A stretch of 64,000 bases of DNA from an uncultured Acidimicrobiaceae bacterium (GCA_963784155.1 CAWAQF010000004.1:553422-617421); one strand, 5' to 3'; shown: positions 30,026 to 39,312, numbered from the stretch's first letter. Numbers and translations are program-made. Notes: generated by a model not told the origin, from the sequence alone.

Positions 30026-30459
30026 TGCACGGCCACACCGTCACGGCTTTGCAACACGGACTCACCTTAGGTCTGCACCGTTGGCAGAACCTCAGGCATC
30101 AGGTTCGTCGAAGATCCGCCGACCCTTCCTGCCCGGGAGACCCAGAAATTGCCTGCTTGGCTCAAAGAGATTCGTTCCCCGGACACCTCTTGTGTCCCAC
30201 CGAGCCGGCGTTACCTGTGTGAGCCGCCGGACGCAAGGCATGGGCAACCAACCGGTCGAGAAACGGGAGCAGTCGGATGATGATTCGGACGTGGACGGCG
30301 TGGGGGCGCCCTGCGTTACCCAGGTGCTCGACGGATCCTCTTCCGTCGGCGACAACAATCGAGATTGGGTGACCCCCGGGTGGGAGAGCAGTCGCGTCAG
30401 TGTTCGAAGGCCGTCCAGCACGAGTGCTGGCGGGCACGCCGGCACAGGTCGGGATCAGC

Positions 30460-31845
30460 TCATGACGGCCCGGTGAACCCTCCCATCAGCGAATGCACCG
30501 GTATGCCGTCGATCACGGTCATCGCGACCGTCGGCCGATCGAGCAACGAGTCCCACTCGCTGTCGAGGACGATCAGATCGGCGGGATCGCCCGACTGCGG
30601 TCGTCCCCGAGGTGGCGTGCCTCGCGGATCCGCGGCGAACAGGGCGAGCGCAGTCTCGAGTCCGACCGCCTCCGAGGGGTTGACTTCCCGGCCCGACACC
30701 GTGCGGCGCCGAACCGCGGCCGAGATGGTCACCCATGGATCGAGGGGACCGTAGGGCGCGTCCGAGCTGAGCACCGTCGGGACACCGGCGGTGAGCAACG
30801 ACGCGAGCCGATGGAGGTCGGACTCCTCGGAGGGCTCGATCTCTTCGAGGTACCGGTCGCCTCGGGTGAAGACGAGCCCGGGCTGGACGGTGACGCTCAC
30901 CCGGCTTCTGGCGAGCAGGCCGACGACGTCGCCGTCGACCAGCGAGGCGTGCTCCACCCTGTCCCGCTGATCGAGTCCGCACGAGAGCGCCAGCACCACG
31001 CTCGCCGAATCGAGACAGTGCACCGCCACGGATCGTCCTGCCGAGTGTGCGTCCGAGATTCGCGCCGAGAGCTCGTCGGCAGAGGGGAGCTGGGTCTCGT
31101 CGAGCACGATCTTGACCGGGCCGAGGTGGACCCCGTCGACGCCGGTGGTCTCGGGATCCCCGGTCATGGCGGTGACCCGCTGGGGGAGCGCGGCGCGCGC
31201 GAGGATCTCGAGCTCCTCGGGTCCGTTGGTGCCGGTCGCGTCGGTGACCGCGACGACGCCTCGCCGGGCCATCCAGCGGCCGACGCGGACGAGATCGGGG
31301 GGCATGGCAGGGAGGCGGCTGCGGATCCAGCCGTCGAGGCGGTAGAGCACCCCGGTCGGTTGCCGCGCCCCGTCCACGAAGATCCCCGCGGGCCAGTCGG
31401 CGGGGGAGGTGGACAACACGGCCTCGAGGCCGGCCGAGTCGAGCACCCAGTACATCCCGGTTCGGTCTTGGATCCGGACCGGCCCGGCCGCCGCCTCGTC
31501 GAGCCGGCCGCGGTCGAGGGCTCCACTCGCCGCGAGGTCGTACCCGACGCCGCGGAGCCACCCCTCCGGACGGCTCGCTCGCGCTTCGTGGAGGACCGCG
31601 CCGAGCCCCCCGCCTGCGGCGAGCGCAGCGGGGGAGCAGTCGACCGAGTCCCACGCGGCGGCCTGGGACATCAGGTGGACGTGATGGTCCACGAGACCGC
31701 GGACGGTGGGACGCCCCTCGAGATCGACGACGTGCCCGATCGGATCTTCCTCGGGGTCGAGATCGACCACCCGACCGTCGCGGACGACGAGATCGACCTC
31801 GACCCCGGGCGCGGTGGAGGCGCGTCGCAGGAGCCAGGCTGTCAT
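30460..31845 (-). CDS. amidohydrolase family protein (amidohydrolase_3-like metal-dependent hydrolase)
   Basis: 461 aa with the HxH motif GLVDHHVHL, plus AVHC and SDAP blocks. Confidence 0.8.
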   Translation of the reverse strand: MTAWLLRRASTAPGVEVDLVVRDGRVVDLDPEEDPIGHVVDLEGRPTVRGLVDHHVHLMSQAAAWDSVDCSPAALAAGGGLGAVLHEARASRPEGWLRGVGYDLAASGALDRGRLDEAAAGPVRIQDRTGMYWVLDSAGLEAVLSTSPADWPAGIFVDGARQPTGVLYRLDGWIRSRLPAMPPDLVRVGRWMARRGVVAVTDATGTNGPEELEILARAALPQRVTAMTGDPETTGVDGVHLGPVKIVLDETQLPSADELSARISDAHSAGRSVAVHCLDSASVVLALSCGLDQRDRVEHASLVDGDVVGLLARSRVSVTVQPGLVFTRGDRYLEEIEPSEESDLHRLASLLTAGVPTVLSSDAPYGPLDPWVTISAAVRRRTVSGREVNPSEAVGLETALALFAADPRGTPPRGRPQSGDPADLIVLDSEWDSLLDRPTVAMTVIDGIPVHSLMGGFTGPS

Positions 31846-31875
31846 CCGTCGTGACCGGCCCGGCTCAGGACCGGG

Positions 31876-33066
31876 TCAGACCGGCACTCCCACCTTCATC
31901 ACGCGGGCCAGGTTACCGCCCATGATCCCGGCGACTTCGTCCCCGGACAGCGACTTCGGGAGGCACTCGGCGAAGCGGCGAGGCTCGGCCAGGCCCTCGG
32001 GGTGCGGCCAGTCCGATCCGAAGACGACATGGTCCGCGCCCATCGCATCGATGAGCTCGTCGAAATCGTCCTCGTGGAACGGGCTGATCCAGCAGTTGCG
32101 CCGGAAGGCCTCGACCGGGTCCTCGAGGAAGAGCTGGGGCATCTTCTTGTGCGTCGCGTGGAGATCTTCGAGGAGCGGCACCAGCCATTCGCTGCCGTTC
32201 TCGACGAACACGATCCGGAGATCGGGGAACCGCGACAAGAGACCGTGGCAGGTCATCGAGGCCGCCGCATCGAGTGCGGGCCGGTGGGAGAGCAGCATCA
32301 TCTTGAACGGCTCGAGCTGGAACGGGAGGTATTCGATCGGGCCCGTCCACTCGTTCATGATGCGCGAATACCCGCTGTCGGACGCGTGCATCGAGATCGG
32401 AATGTCGGCCTCGACCACCTTCTCCCAGAACGGGTCGAAGTAGGGCATTGCGAAGGACCGTGCACCGCTCGGCACCGGCACCGGTGCCGGCCGGATGAGG
32501 ACGGTCTTGGCGCCACGCTCGAGGCACCACTCGAGCTCGGCGATCGCCTTGTCGAGGAGCGGCAGGGTGATCACCGGTGTCGCGAAGATCCGCTCCTTGT
32601 AGTTGAAGGTCCACGTCTCGTACATCCACTCGTTGAGCGCGTGGACAGCGGCGTGGGTCAGTTCCGCGTCGTCGCGCATGCGCTCCTCGAGCAGGCTGGC
32701 GAGCGTCGGGAACATGAGAGTCTGGTCGAGGCCGAGCTCGTCCATGACCTCGAGCCGGGGCTCGGGTTCACGGAACGCCGGGATCGAGCGCATCGGCTCG
32801 CCGATGAGCTCGCGGTAGGACTTGCCCTCCGGGTTGCCGTTGCGGAAGTACTCCTCCTGGGCACCCGGTCGGGCCACGACGTCGAAGGTGGGGTTGGGGA
32901 TGTAGTCGCTGATGGTGCCGCGGACGACGATCTTCGTGCGGCCGTCGACCTCGACGTACTTGATCGCCCCCGCGTACTCCTCGGGCAGGTGCCGCGTGAA
33001 GGCGTCCTTCGTCTCGTAGAAGTGGTTGTCGGCGTCGAACGTACGGATATCGGGTGAAACTGACAT
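31876..33066 (-). CDS. amidohydrolase family protein (amidohydrolase_2), paralog of 8019..9212
   Basis: ATG at 33066 (MSVSPDIRTFDADNHFYE) and GSDWPHPEG. Long identical runs are shared with the paralog (ISDYIPNPTFDVVARPGAQEEYF, ELEWCLERGAKTVL). Confidence 0.88.
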   Translation of the reverse strand: MSVSPDIRTFDADNHFYETKDAFTRHLPEEYAGAIKYVEVDGRTKIVVRGTISDYIPNPTFDVVARPGAQEEYFRNGNPEGKSYRELIGEPMRSIPAFREPEPRLEVMDELGLDQTLMFPTLASLLEERMRDDAELTHAAVHALNEWMYETWTFNYKERIFATPVITLPLLDKAIAELEWCLERGAKTVLIRPAPVPVPSGARSFAMPYFDPFWEKVVEADIPISMHASDSGYSRIMNEWTGPIEYLPFQLEPFKMMLLSHRPALDAAASMTCHGLLSRFPDLRIVFVENGSEWLVPLLEDLHATHKKMPQLFLEDPVEAFRRNCWISPFHEDDFDELIDAMGADHVVFGSDWPHPEGLAEPRRFAECLPKSLSGDEVAGIMGGNLARVMKVGVPV

Positions 33067-33072
33067 GCCGTC

Positions 33073-33101
33073 AGAGTAAGGGTTTTTGACAACGACGTCA
33101 A
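33073..33101 (-). promoter_or_regulatory. candidate leaderless promoter TTGACG-17 nt-TACTCT, 6 nt before ATG 33066
   Basis: No RBS is present. The -10 hexamer fits TANNNT. The -35 hexamer is embedded in the short inverted repeat TTGAC-N6-GTCAA. Confidence 0.45.
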
Positions 33102-33183
33102 TATCAGGTCGAGCCCGGCGCAGAGATCCTGGTCGCCGGGCGGGCGCGGCTCGCCGGCCGGTGAAGAGGCGCGGTGCAATGGC

Positions 33184-33210
33184 GGGAGGGCGCCGAGCGG
33201 GCGCCCTCCC
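33184..33210 (-). terminator. GC-rich hairpin (11 bp perfect stem GGGAGGGCGCC/GGCGCCCTCCC, 5 nt loop)
   Basis: Lies 12 nt downstream of the stop of the 33222..33557 ORF and upstream of the promoter above. Confidence 0.55.
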
Positions 33211-33221
33211 GGGTCGGCCGG

Positions 33222-33557
33222 TCAGAGCGCGGGTTCGACCACCGCGTCGAGTGAGGCCGCGCCGGCGTCGGGGACCCGCGGCTGGCGCCAGACCTCGACC
33301 GGGAACGACACGGTGCAGAGCGCGCAGAAGAGCCACATGAGGTGCTTGTCCTCGTCGCTCATGTTCCGGTCGTAGGGGACGCGCTCGAGGTGCTCCCGTG
33401 CCGCGTCGAGGAAGGGGAAGGCCGCGTCGTAGAAGGTCTGGAGCTCCTCGATGGTGCTGTGAACTCGCTTGTCGTAGGCGGCACGCTCGCCGCGCACGGC
33501 CCACTCGGCGAACGGCTCGAGGGCGGCGAAACGCTCGGGGAAGACCGACACGATCAA
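33222..33557 (-). CDS. hypothetical protein translationally coupled to the Rieske oxygenase
   Basis: TTG at 33557 overlaps the Rieske stop (TTGA); GTG at 33551 is the alternative start. The ~111 aa product matches no family I recognise. It is not the usual NTF2-like oxygenase beta subunit. Confidence 0.5.
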   Translation of the reverse strand: MIVSVFPERFAALEPFAEWAVRGERAAYDKRVHSTIEELQTFYDAAFPFLDAAREHLERVPYDRNMSDEDKHLMWLFCALCTVSFPVEVWRQPRVPDAGAASLDAVVEPAL

Positions 33558-34846
33558 GCCATTCCCATGATCGAGACGGGATTGTCCGGATGCCGGCTCA
33601 GGTAGTCGGCGACGTACTCGGCCGTCGTCTGGTGGAGGTGACGCAGGAGGATCTCCTGATCGTTGAGGGGGAACTCCTTGACCACCCGTGACTCGAGCAT
33701 GATCTGTGTCGCCTCGAGCGTATTGGCGTCCTGGAGGCCGTACTCCTTGAACGAGACCACGCCGAGCTCCTGTTCCACCCGCTGCCAGGCATTGCCCGGC
33801 GGGACGAAATAGCAGGTCCCTTCGAAGATGTGGGTATGGTACGAGGTCGGCCAGTAGTGGTAGGTCAGGACCCAGCCGGGCTTCCAGATGAGCACCATCC
33901 AGTTGGGGAAGAAGAGGTACGAGTCGAGTCCCCAGGCCTTGTTCTTCGCGGGGTTGAGCCCCGTGGGGAGGTCGATGTCGATCGGCGGGTCCCAGGGACC
34001 GAACAGCCCGCTCCGGACCTTTCGCTCGATCGGCTTGACCATCGTCTCGTCCCTCGGCGGCGCCATGCCGCCCCACGACGAGACGAGACCGTGCGGGCCG
34101 TCGATCGCGTAGTAGAGGGCCTCGTAGCCGACGTTCTGGAGTTTCTGGGATTCCTCCTGCACGGACTGCTTCGAGTGCAGTACCGGCGCGTGGTAGAACT
34201 CGGTGAAGGCGTCGATGTAGAGCTTCCAGTTGCTCCCGACCTCCGCCCGGTACTTGTGCACCTGGGTCATCTCGTGGAACGGGTAGCCCTCGATGCCGGC
34301 CGCGAAGGCACCGAGGTACTCCTTCAGCGGCTGCGGCGTGCCCTCACGATCGAGGTTGACGAAGATCCAGCCCTCCCAGACGTCGCAGTGCACCGGCACG
34401 AGCCCGTAGTCACCTTTGTCGAGGCCGAAGAACTCCGACTCCTGCTGGACGAAGGTGCACGCTCCTTCGAGGTCGTAGCGCCACCCGTGGTACTTGCAGG
34501 TGAACTGGCGGCACACACCGGAGGTCTCGTCCTGGGGGAAGTCCTGCCAGACCAACTTGTTCCCACGGTGTCGGCAGATGTTGTAAAAGGCGCGGACGTC
34601 GGTTTCCGAGGACCTGACGACGATGATCGACGTGTTGAGGACTTCGATCTCCTTGGTGAAGTAGGAGCCTCGCCGGGGGATCTGCTCGACGCGCCCGACG
34701 TTGAGCCACGTCTTGGCGAAGACGGCCTGCCGCTCGAGTTCGTAGTAGCCGGGAGAGATCGAGTCTTCGTAGTCCACCGGGGTCGTCTTCAGCTGGGGGT
34801 AGTGGGCGGTCCAGCTGCCTTCGTCCGGCTTGGTGAAGTGAGCCAT
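33554..34846 (-). CDS. aromatic ring-hydroxylating oxygenase alpha subunit (Rieske 2Fe-2S)
   Basis: 430 aa with Rieske motif CRHRGNKL...CKYHGWRY, followed by a catalytic domain. Confidence 0.9.
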   Translation of the reverse strand: MAHFTKPDEGSWTAHYPQLKTTPVDYEDSISPGYYELERQAVFAKTWLNVGRVEQIPRRGSYFTKEIEVLNTSIIVVRSSETDVRAFYNICRHRGNKLVWQDFPQDETSGVCRQFTCKYHGWRYDLEGACTFVQQESEFFGLDKGDYGLVPVHCDVWEGWIFVNLDREGTPQPLKEYLGAFAAGIEGYPFHEMTQVHKYRAEVGSNWKLYIDAFTEFYHAPVLHSKQSVQEESQKLQNVGYEALYYAIDGPHGLVSSWGGMAPPRDETMVKPIERKVRSGLFGPWDPPIDIDLPTGLNPAKNKAWGLDSYLFFPNWMVLIWKPGWVLTYHYWPTSYHTHIFEGTCYFVPPGNAWQRVEQELGVVSFKEYGLQDANTLEATQIMLESRVVKEFPLNDQEILLRHLHQTTAEYVADYLSRHPDNPVSIMGMA

Positions 34847-34893
34847 CGATCTCCTCTGACGGGCGTGCCCCTCCCGGGGAAGTCTACGCTAGG

Positions 34894-34928
34894 TCTCAAA
34901 GTTGGGAAGGGGAATCTCTAACTTGAGA
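34894..34928. promoter_or_regulatory. imperfect inverted repeat TCTCAAAGTT-N16-AACTTGAGA in a divergent promoter region
   Basis: AT-rich element between the Rieske gene (-) and the nitroreductase gene (+). Confidence 0.25.
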
Positions 34929-34939
34929 ATAGCATTTCC

Positions 34940-35646
34940 GTGAGCGGGCCACCGACCGACGTCTGGACGGTGATGTCCACGGCGAGGCGATCCGCCGGTT
35001 CACCGACCAGCCGGTCGACGATGCACTGCTGGCCCGGTGCCTCGAGGCCGCGACCTGGGCTCCGAACGGTGCCAACGTGCAGGAATGGCGATTCGTCGTC
35101 CTGCGCTCGCCGGCGTCGCGGGCCTCCGTCGCCGACGCCGCCGCGCAGGCCTTGCAGGTCATCGAACCGGTCTACGGGATGTCCCGCCCTGCCGACGACG
35201 ACCACGGCCGGCGGGCACGGACCGACCGCGCCACCTACGAGCTGCACGACCGTGCGGGTGAGTTCACCTCCGTTCTGTTCGTGCAGCGGCGGTTCCCGTC
35301 CGCGTCGGAACTGCTCCTCGGCGCTTCGATCTTCCCTGCGATGCAGAACTTCCTCTTGGCGGCCCGCGCGCTCGGACTCGGGGCCTGCATGACCAGTTGG
35401 GCGTCGTACGGCGGTGAGCCGTTGGTCCGGAGGGCGGTCGGGGTGCCCGACGACTGGATGCTCGCCGGGCACGTCGTCGTGGGGTGGCCCCGGGGACGGC
35501 ACGGACCGCTCCGTCGCCGGCCTCTGTCCGACGTGGTCTTCCTCGACCGGTGGGAAGAACCGGCCGGCGAGCTCGTCGGCGAGGCCGCGGTCACCGGTCG
35601 AAATGGTGGCTCGAACGGACACGACCCAAGGGAGAACCATGAGTGA
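34940..35646 (+). pseudogene. nitroreductase family protein; start region out of frame with the body
   Basis: The body is ORF 35077..35646. Homology (AIRRFTDQPVDDALLARCLEAATWAPNGANVQEWRFVV) continues upstream in the same frame to ~34980, but that frame has no start codon. The only starts (GTG 34940, ATG 34973) are in another frame. This implies a frame error near 34985 or a non-canonical start. Confidence 0.65.
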
Positions 35647-36400
35647 ACGGCCTGCGAAGGTCGGCATCGTCACCGGTGCCGCATCGGGCATCGGGCTCGG
35701 CATCGCCGAGCGCCTGGCACGCGACGGCATCAAGGTCGCGTTGTTCGATCTGAAGGCCGAGGAAGCCGAATCCGCAGCCGAGCGGCTCCGGGGCGAGGGG
35801 CACCAGGCGATGGCGGTCCAGGTCGACGTCGCCGACCGGTCCGCTGTCGAGCGGGGCGTCGAGGAGGTTCGGGCACGCTGGGGGCCGGTGACCGTCCTCG
35901 TGAACAACGCGGGGAAGGAGGGCTTCCGTCGGTTCCTCGACATCTCGCCCGACGAGTTCGAGCTGCTGCTCCGGATCAACCTGGTCGGCACCTTCCACTG
36001 CTGTCAGGTGGTCCTTCCCGACATGATCGAAGCCGGCTGGGGCCGGATCGTGAACATCTCCTCCTCCAGCACCCACGGCGGGCAGCCGCTCATGGCCCAC
36101 TACGTCGCGTCCAAATCGGGGATGGTCGGACTGACCAAGTCGCTGGCACTCGAGTTCGGGCCCTCGGGCGTCACGGTCAACACCATCCCGCCCGGCTTCA
36201 TCGACACGCCGATGATCCGCCGAAACGACGAGAAGGGCCGGCTCGGCCCGGGCGGCATGAAAGATGCCGTGGCACGGACCCCGGTGCGGCGTGCCGGTCT
36301 TCCCGAGGACATCGCCGCGGCCTGCGCGTTCCTGGTGTCGGACGAGGCCGGCTACGTCACCGGCCAGATCATCGGTGTCAACGGAGGCCGCAACACCTGA
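35639..36400 (+). CDS. SDR family oxidoreductase (3-oxoacyl-ACP reductase-like)
   Basis: ATG at 35639 follows AAGGGAGAACC. Motifs are GIVTGAASGIG, NNAG and YVASKSG. Confidence 0.88.
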   Translation: MSERPAKVGIVTGAASGIGLGIAERLARDGIKVALFDLKAEEAESAAERLRGEGHQAMAVQVDVADRSAVERGVEEVRARWGPVTVLVNNAGKEGFRRFLDISPDEFELLLRINLVGTFHCCQVVLPDMIEAGWGRIVNISSSSTHGGQPLMAHYVASKSGMVGLTKSLALEFGPSGVTVNTIPPGFIDTPMIRRNDEKGRLGPGGMKDAVARTPVRRAGLPEDIAAACAFLVSDEAGYVTGQIIGVNGGRNT

Positions 36401-36409
36401 ACGGCACGC

Positions 36410-37894
36410 TCATTCGGCCGGCCAGGCGACCGACTTGATCTCGAGGTACTGCTCGAAGCCGGCGTAGCCGTTCTGCCGACCGACGCCGCTCGCCTTGTAC
36501 CCGCCGAAGGGCACGTCCGCGAAGTACGGAGCACCACCGTTCACGCCGACGAACCCGGCACGGAGACGACGTGCCGCGCCGAGCGCGCCCTCGAGGGTGC
36601 CGGCCATGACGTTGCCCGCGAGACCGTACTGGCTGTCGTTCGCGATGCGGATGGCGTCCTCCTCGTCATCGAAGGGGATGACCACGAGCACCGGTCCGAA
36701 GATCTCCTCCTGCGCGATGGTCATGGAGTTGTCGACGTCGGTGAACAGGGTCGGCTCCACGTAGAAGCCCTTCTCCAGCCCCGCAGGCGTCTCGGTGCCC
36801 CCGACGAGGAGCGTGGCACCCTCGTCGATCCCCTTCTGGATGTAACCGCGCACACGCTCGCGCTGCTTGGCGGAGATGACCGGGCCGCACAGCACGTCGG
36901 GCTGCTGTGGATCACCGGGTGCGATGCCCTCGTACATCGCCTTCAGGATCTCGACCCCTTCCTCGTAGCGCGAACGAGGGAGGAGCATCCGGGTGGGGAT
37001 GGCACAGCCCTGGCCCGCGTGCATGCACGGGGCGATACCGATCATGCAGGAGAGCGAGAGATCGGCATCCTCGAGGACGATGGTCGCCGACTTGCCGCCC
37101 AACTCGAGGAAGAGGCGCTTCATGGTGGCGGCACCCTTCTCCATGATCCGTTTGCCGACGGCCGTCGACCCGGTGAACGAGATCAGGTCCACCTTGGGGG
37201 AGAGGGTCAGCTCCTCACCGACCAGGTGGTCCGAGGAGGTGACGACGTTGACCACCCCGGCCGGAGTGTCGGTGCGCTCGGCGATCAGCCGACCGAGCCG
37301 TGTTGCATTGAAGGGCGTGTCCGGTGCCGGTTTCAAGACGACGGTGTTGCCGGTGGCGAGCGCCTGCCCGAGCTTGTTGATGGTGACCTCGAAGGGGTAG
37401 TTCCACGGGACGATCGCCCCGACCACACCCACCGGCTCGCGCCAGATCCTACGTGTCGTGACCTGGCCGGTGAGCTCGGAGAGCGTTTCTCCGAGATCGA
37501 CCTCCCACGGGTACTCCTCGATCAGCTTGGCCGGATAGGTCAACCCGCCCGACAGGGGAGCGTCGAGCTGTGGTCCGTGGGTCACCATCCGCGGGCAGCC
37601 CACCTCGAGGATCAGCTCCTCGCGGAGCTCTTCACGTTCGGACTCCAAGGCCTCTTGGAGCTGCTCGAGACAGCGCTTGCGAAGAGCACCATCGGTCGAC
37701 CAGCTCGACTCGTCGAAGGCTCGTCGGGCCGCGTCGATGGCCCGGTGCATGTCCGCGGTGGACGCGTTCGGGGCCTCGCCCAGGACTTCCTCGGTGGCCG
37801 GGTTGATGTTGGTGAAGGTCCCCGATTCGCCGTCGACGAGCTTCCCGTCGATCAGCATCCTCGTCTCGAACCGAACCTGGGGCGTCGTCGACAC
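36410..37894 (-). CDS. aldehyde dehydrogenase family protein
   Basis: 494 aa, intact. Motifs are VPWNYP, FTGSTAVG, ELGGKS, EEIFGPV and catalytic Cys (GQGC). Confidence 0.92.
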   Translation of the reverse strand: MSTTPQVRFETRMLIDGKLVDGESGTFTNINPATEEVLGEAPNASTADMHRAIDAARRAFDESSWSTDGALRKRCLEQLQEALESEREELREELILEVGCPRMVTHGPQLDAPLSGGLTYPAKLIEEYPWEVDLGETLSELTGQVTTRRIWREPVGVVGAIVPWNYPFEVTINKLGQALATGNTVVLKPAPDTPFNATRLGRLIAERTDTPAGVVNVVTSSDHLVGEELTLSPKVDLISFTGSTAVGKRIMEKGAATMKRLFLELGGKSATIVLEDADLSLSCMIGIAPCMHAGQGCAIPTRMLLPRSRYEEGVEILKAMYEGIAPGDPQQPDVLCGPVISAKQRERVRGYIQKGIDEGATLLVGGTETPAGLEKGFYVEPTLFTDVDNSMTIAQEEIFGPVLVVIPFDDEEDAIRIANDSQYGLAGNVMAGTLEGALGAARRLRAGFVGVNGGAPYFADVPFGGYKASGVGRQNGYAGFEQYLEIKSVAWPAE

Positions 37895-37977
37895 AGTGCG
37901 CGCAACCTTTCCGGATGAGGAACCGTCCTTCGCCGCGGTCGAGCCCGCCCTTTTCTGGCCTGCGAGAACGTTGCTTC

Positions 37978-38006
37978 CAATATTGTAGAATCAGCCTATA
38001 CAGGCT
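37978..38006. promoter_or_regulatory. AT-rich divergent promoter/operator candidates: palindrome CAATATTG and hairpin AGCCT-atac-AGGCT
   Basis: These lie in the 148 nt spacer between divergent ALDH and amidohydrolase genes. TACAAT (minus strand) and TAGAAT (plus strand) -10-like hexamers overlap the palindrome. Confidence 0.3.
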
Positions 38007-38042
38007 CGCGGCCCTGTCGCGTGCGGTCCAAGGAGCGAGAGC

Positions 38043-39305
38043 ATGGCGCGTCCAACCACACCGCAGCCGCCGGTGCACCTGAAGTGCACCCGCCTCCTCG
38101 ACGTGGACAAGGGCACGCTGGTCGAGCCGGGAGGGCTGCTCGTCGACGGCGAACGGATCGTCGAAGTGGGCCCGACCTCCGTGCCGTCGGACGCGGTCAC
38201 CGTCGAGCTCGGCGATCTCACCCTGCTCCCGGGCCTCATGGACATGGAGGTCAACCTGCTTCTCGGGGGTCCGGACCACACGAGTCCGCTCAACCCGGTG
38301 CAGGACGATCCTGCCGTGCGCACCCTCCGCGCGGTGGCGAATGCGCGGCGAACCCTACGATCCGGCTTCACGACGGTCCGCAACCTCGGTCTGTTCGTGC
38401 AGACCGGCGGCCTCCTGCTCGACGTGGCGCTGAAGAAGGCCATCGACTTCGGTTGGATCGACGGCCCCCGCGTCGTTCCCGCCGGTCACGCCATCACCCC
38501 GACCGGGGGCCATCTCGATCCCACTATGTTCCAGGCGCTGGCACCGCACGTCCTCCCGCTCACCGTCGAGGAGGGGATCGCCAACGGGGTGAGCGAGGTG
38601 CGCCAGGCGGTGCGGTACCAGATCAAGTACGGAGCCGAGTTGATCAAGGTCTGCGCGTCGGGGGGCATCATGTCGCATACCGGCCCTCCGGGAGCCCAGC
38701 AGTACTCCGACGAAGAGCTGAGGGCGATCGTCGACGAAGCGCACCGCCGGGGGCTCCGGGTGGCGGCTCATGCCCATGGCGACGACGGCATCCGTGCAGC
38801 CATCGAGGCGGGGATCGACTGCATCGAGCACGGCTCGCTGATGAGCGACGAGACACTCGACCTCCTCGTCGAACGCGGCACCTTCCTCGTTCCCACCACC
38901 TACCTCGCCGATGGAATGGACGTCTCGCGTGCGGCACCGGAGCTGCAGGAGAAGGCCGCCGAAGTGTTCCCCCGCGCGAAGGAGACCATCCGGAAAGCCG
39001 TCGCCCGTGGCGCTCGGATCGCATGCGGCACCGACGCGCCGGCCATCCCGCACGGACGGAACGCAAAGGAACTGATCGCACTCGTCGACCGTGGCATGTC
39101 GCCCCTCGACGCGATCCGCTCCGCGACGACCGTGTCCGCCGACCTCCTCGACGTGGACGACCGCGGTCGTCTCGCGCCGGGACTCCTGGCGGACGTCATC
39201 GCCGTCGAGGGCGACCCACTGGCGGACATCACGGCGACCGAGAAGGTGCGCTTCGTGATGAAGGGCGGTCAGGTCTACCGCCACGACGACCCAACGACGC
39301 CCTGA
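38043..39305 (+). CDS. amidohydrolase family protein (imidazolonepropionase/prolidase-like, COG1228-like)
   Basis: 420 aa with AAHAHGDDG, IEHGS and GTDAP blocks. The usual N-terminal HxH is replaced by ExN (PGLMDMEVNL). Confidence 0.8.
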   Translation: MARPTTPQPPVHLKCTRLLDVDKGTLVEPGGLLVDGERIVEVGPTSVPSDAVTVELGDLTLLPGLMDMEVNLLLGGPDHTSPLNPVQDDPAVRTLRAVANARRTLRSGFTTVRNLGLFVQTGGLLLDVALKKAIDFGWIDGPRVVPAGHAITPTGGHLDPTMFQALAPHVLPLTVEEGIANGVSEVRQAVRYQIKYGAELIKVCASGGIMSHTGPPGAQQYSDEELRAIVDEAHRRGLRVAAHAHGDDGIRAAIEAGIDCIEHGSLMSDETLDLLVERGTFLVPTTYLADGMDVSRAAPELQEKAAEVFPRAKETIRKAVARGARIACGTDAPAIPHGRNAKELIALVDRGMSPLDAIRSATTVSADLLDVDDRGRLAPGLLADVIAVEGDPLADITATEKVRFVMKGGQVYRHDDPTTP

Positions 39306-39312
39306 ACGTCAC

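Larger units (their letters stand above)
25310..30455. other. A/T-richer island 1 (probable horizontally acquired or decaying accessory segment)
   Basis: Base composition is visibly less GC-rich than the flanks. Non-coding stretches are long (25879-26759, 27594-27844, 30026-30459). The gene content is unrelated to the surrounding catabolic operons. No tRNA, integrase or flanking direct repeat could be established. Confidence 0.55.

Noticed and set aside
30092-30445. Possible degraded tyrosine recombinase at the right edge of island 1. Minus-strand frames read LRTLTRLLSHPGV..RLL and VEHLGNAG..HAVHV, vaguely like the LRHT...LGH...Y.H box.
   Set aside because: The resemblance is a few residues spread over two frames. 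I cannot align the catalytic R-H-R-Y set, so the call cannot be supported without tblastn or HMM evidence.
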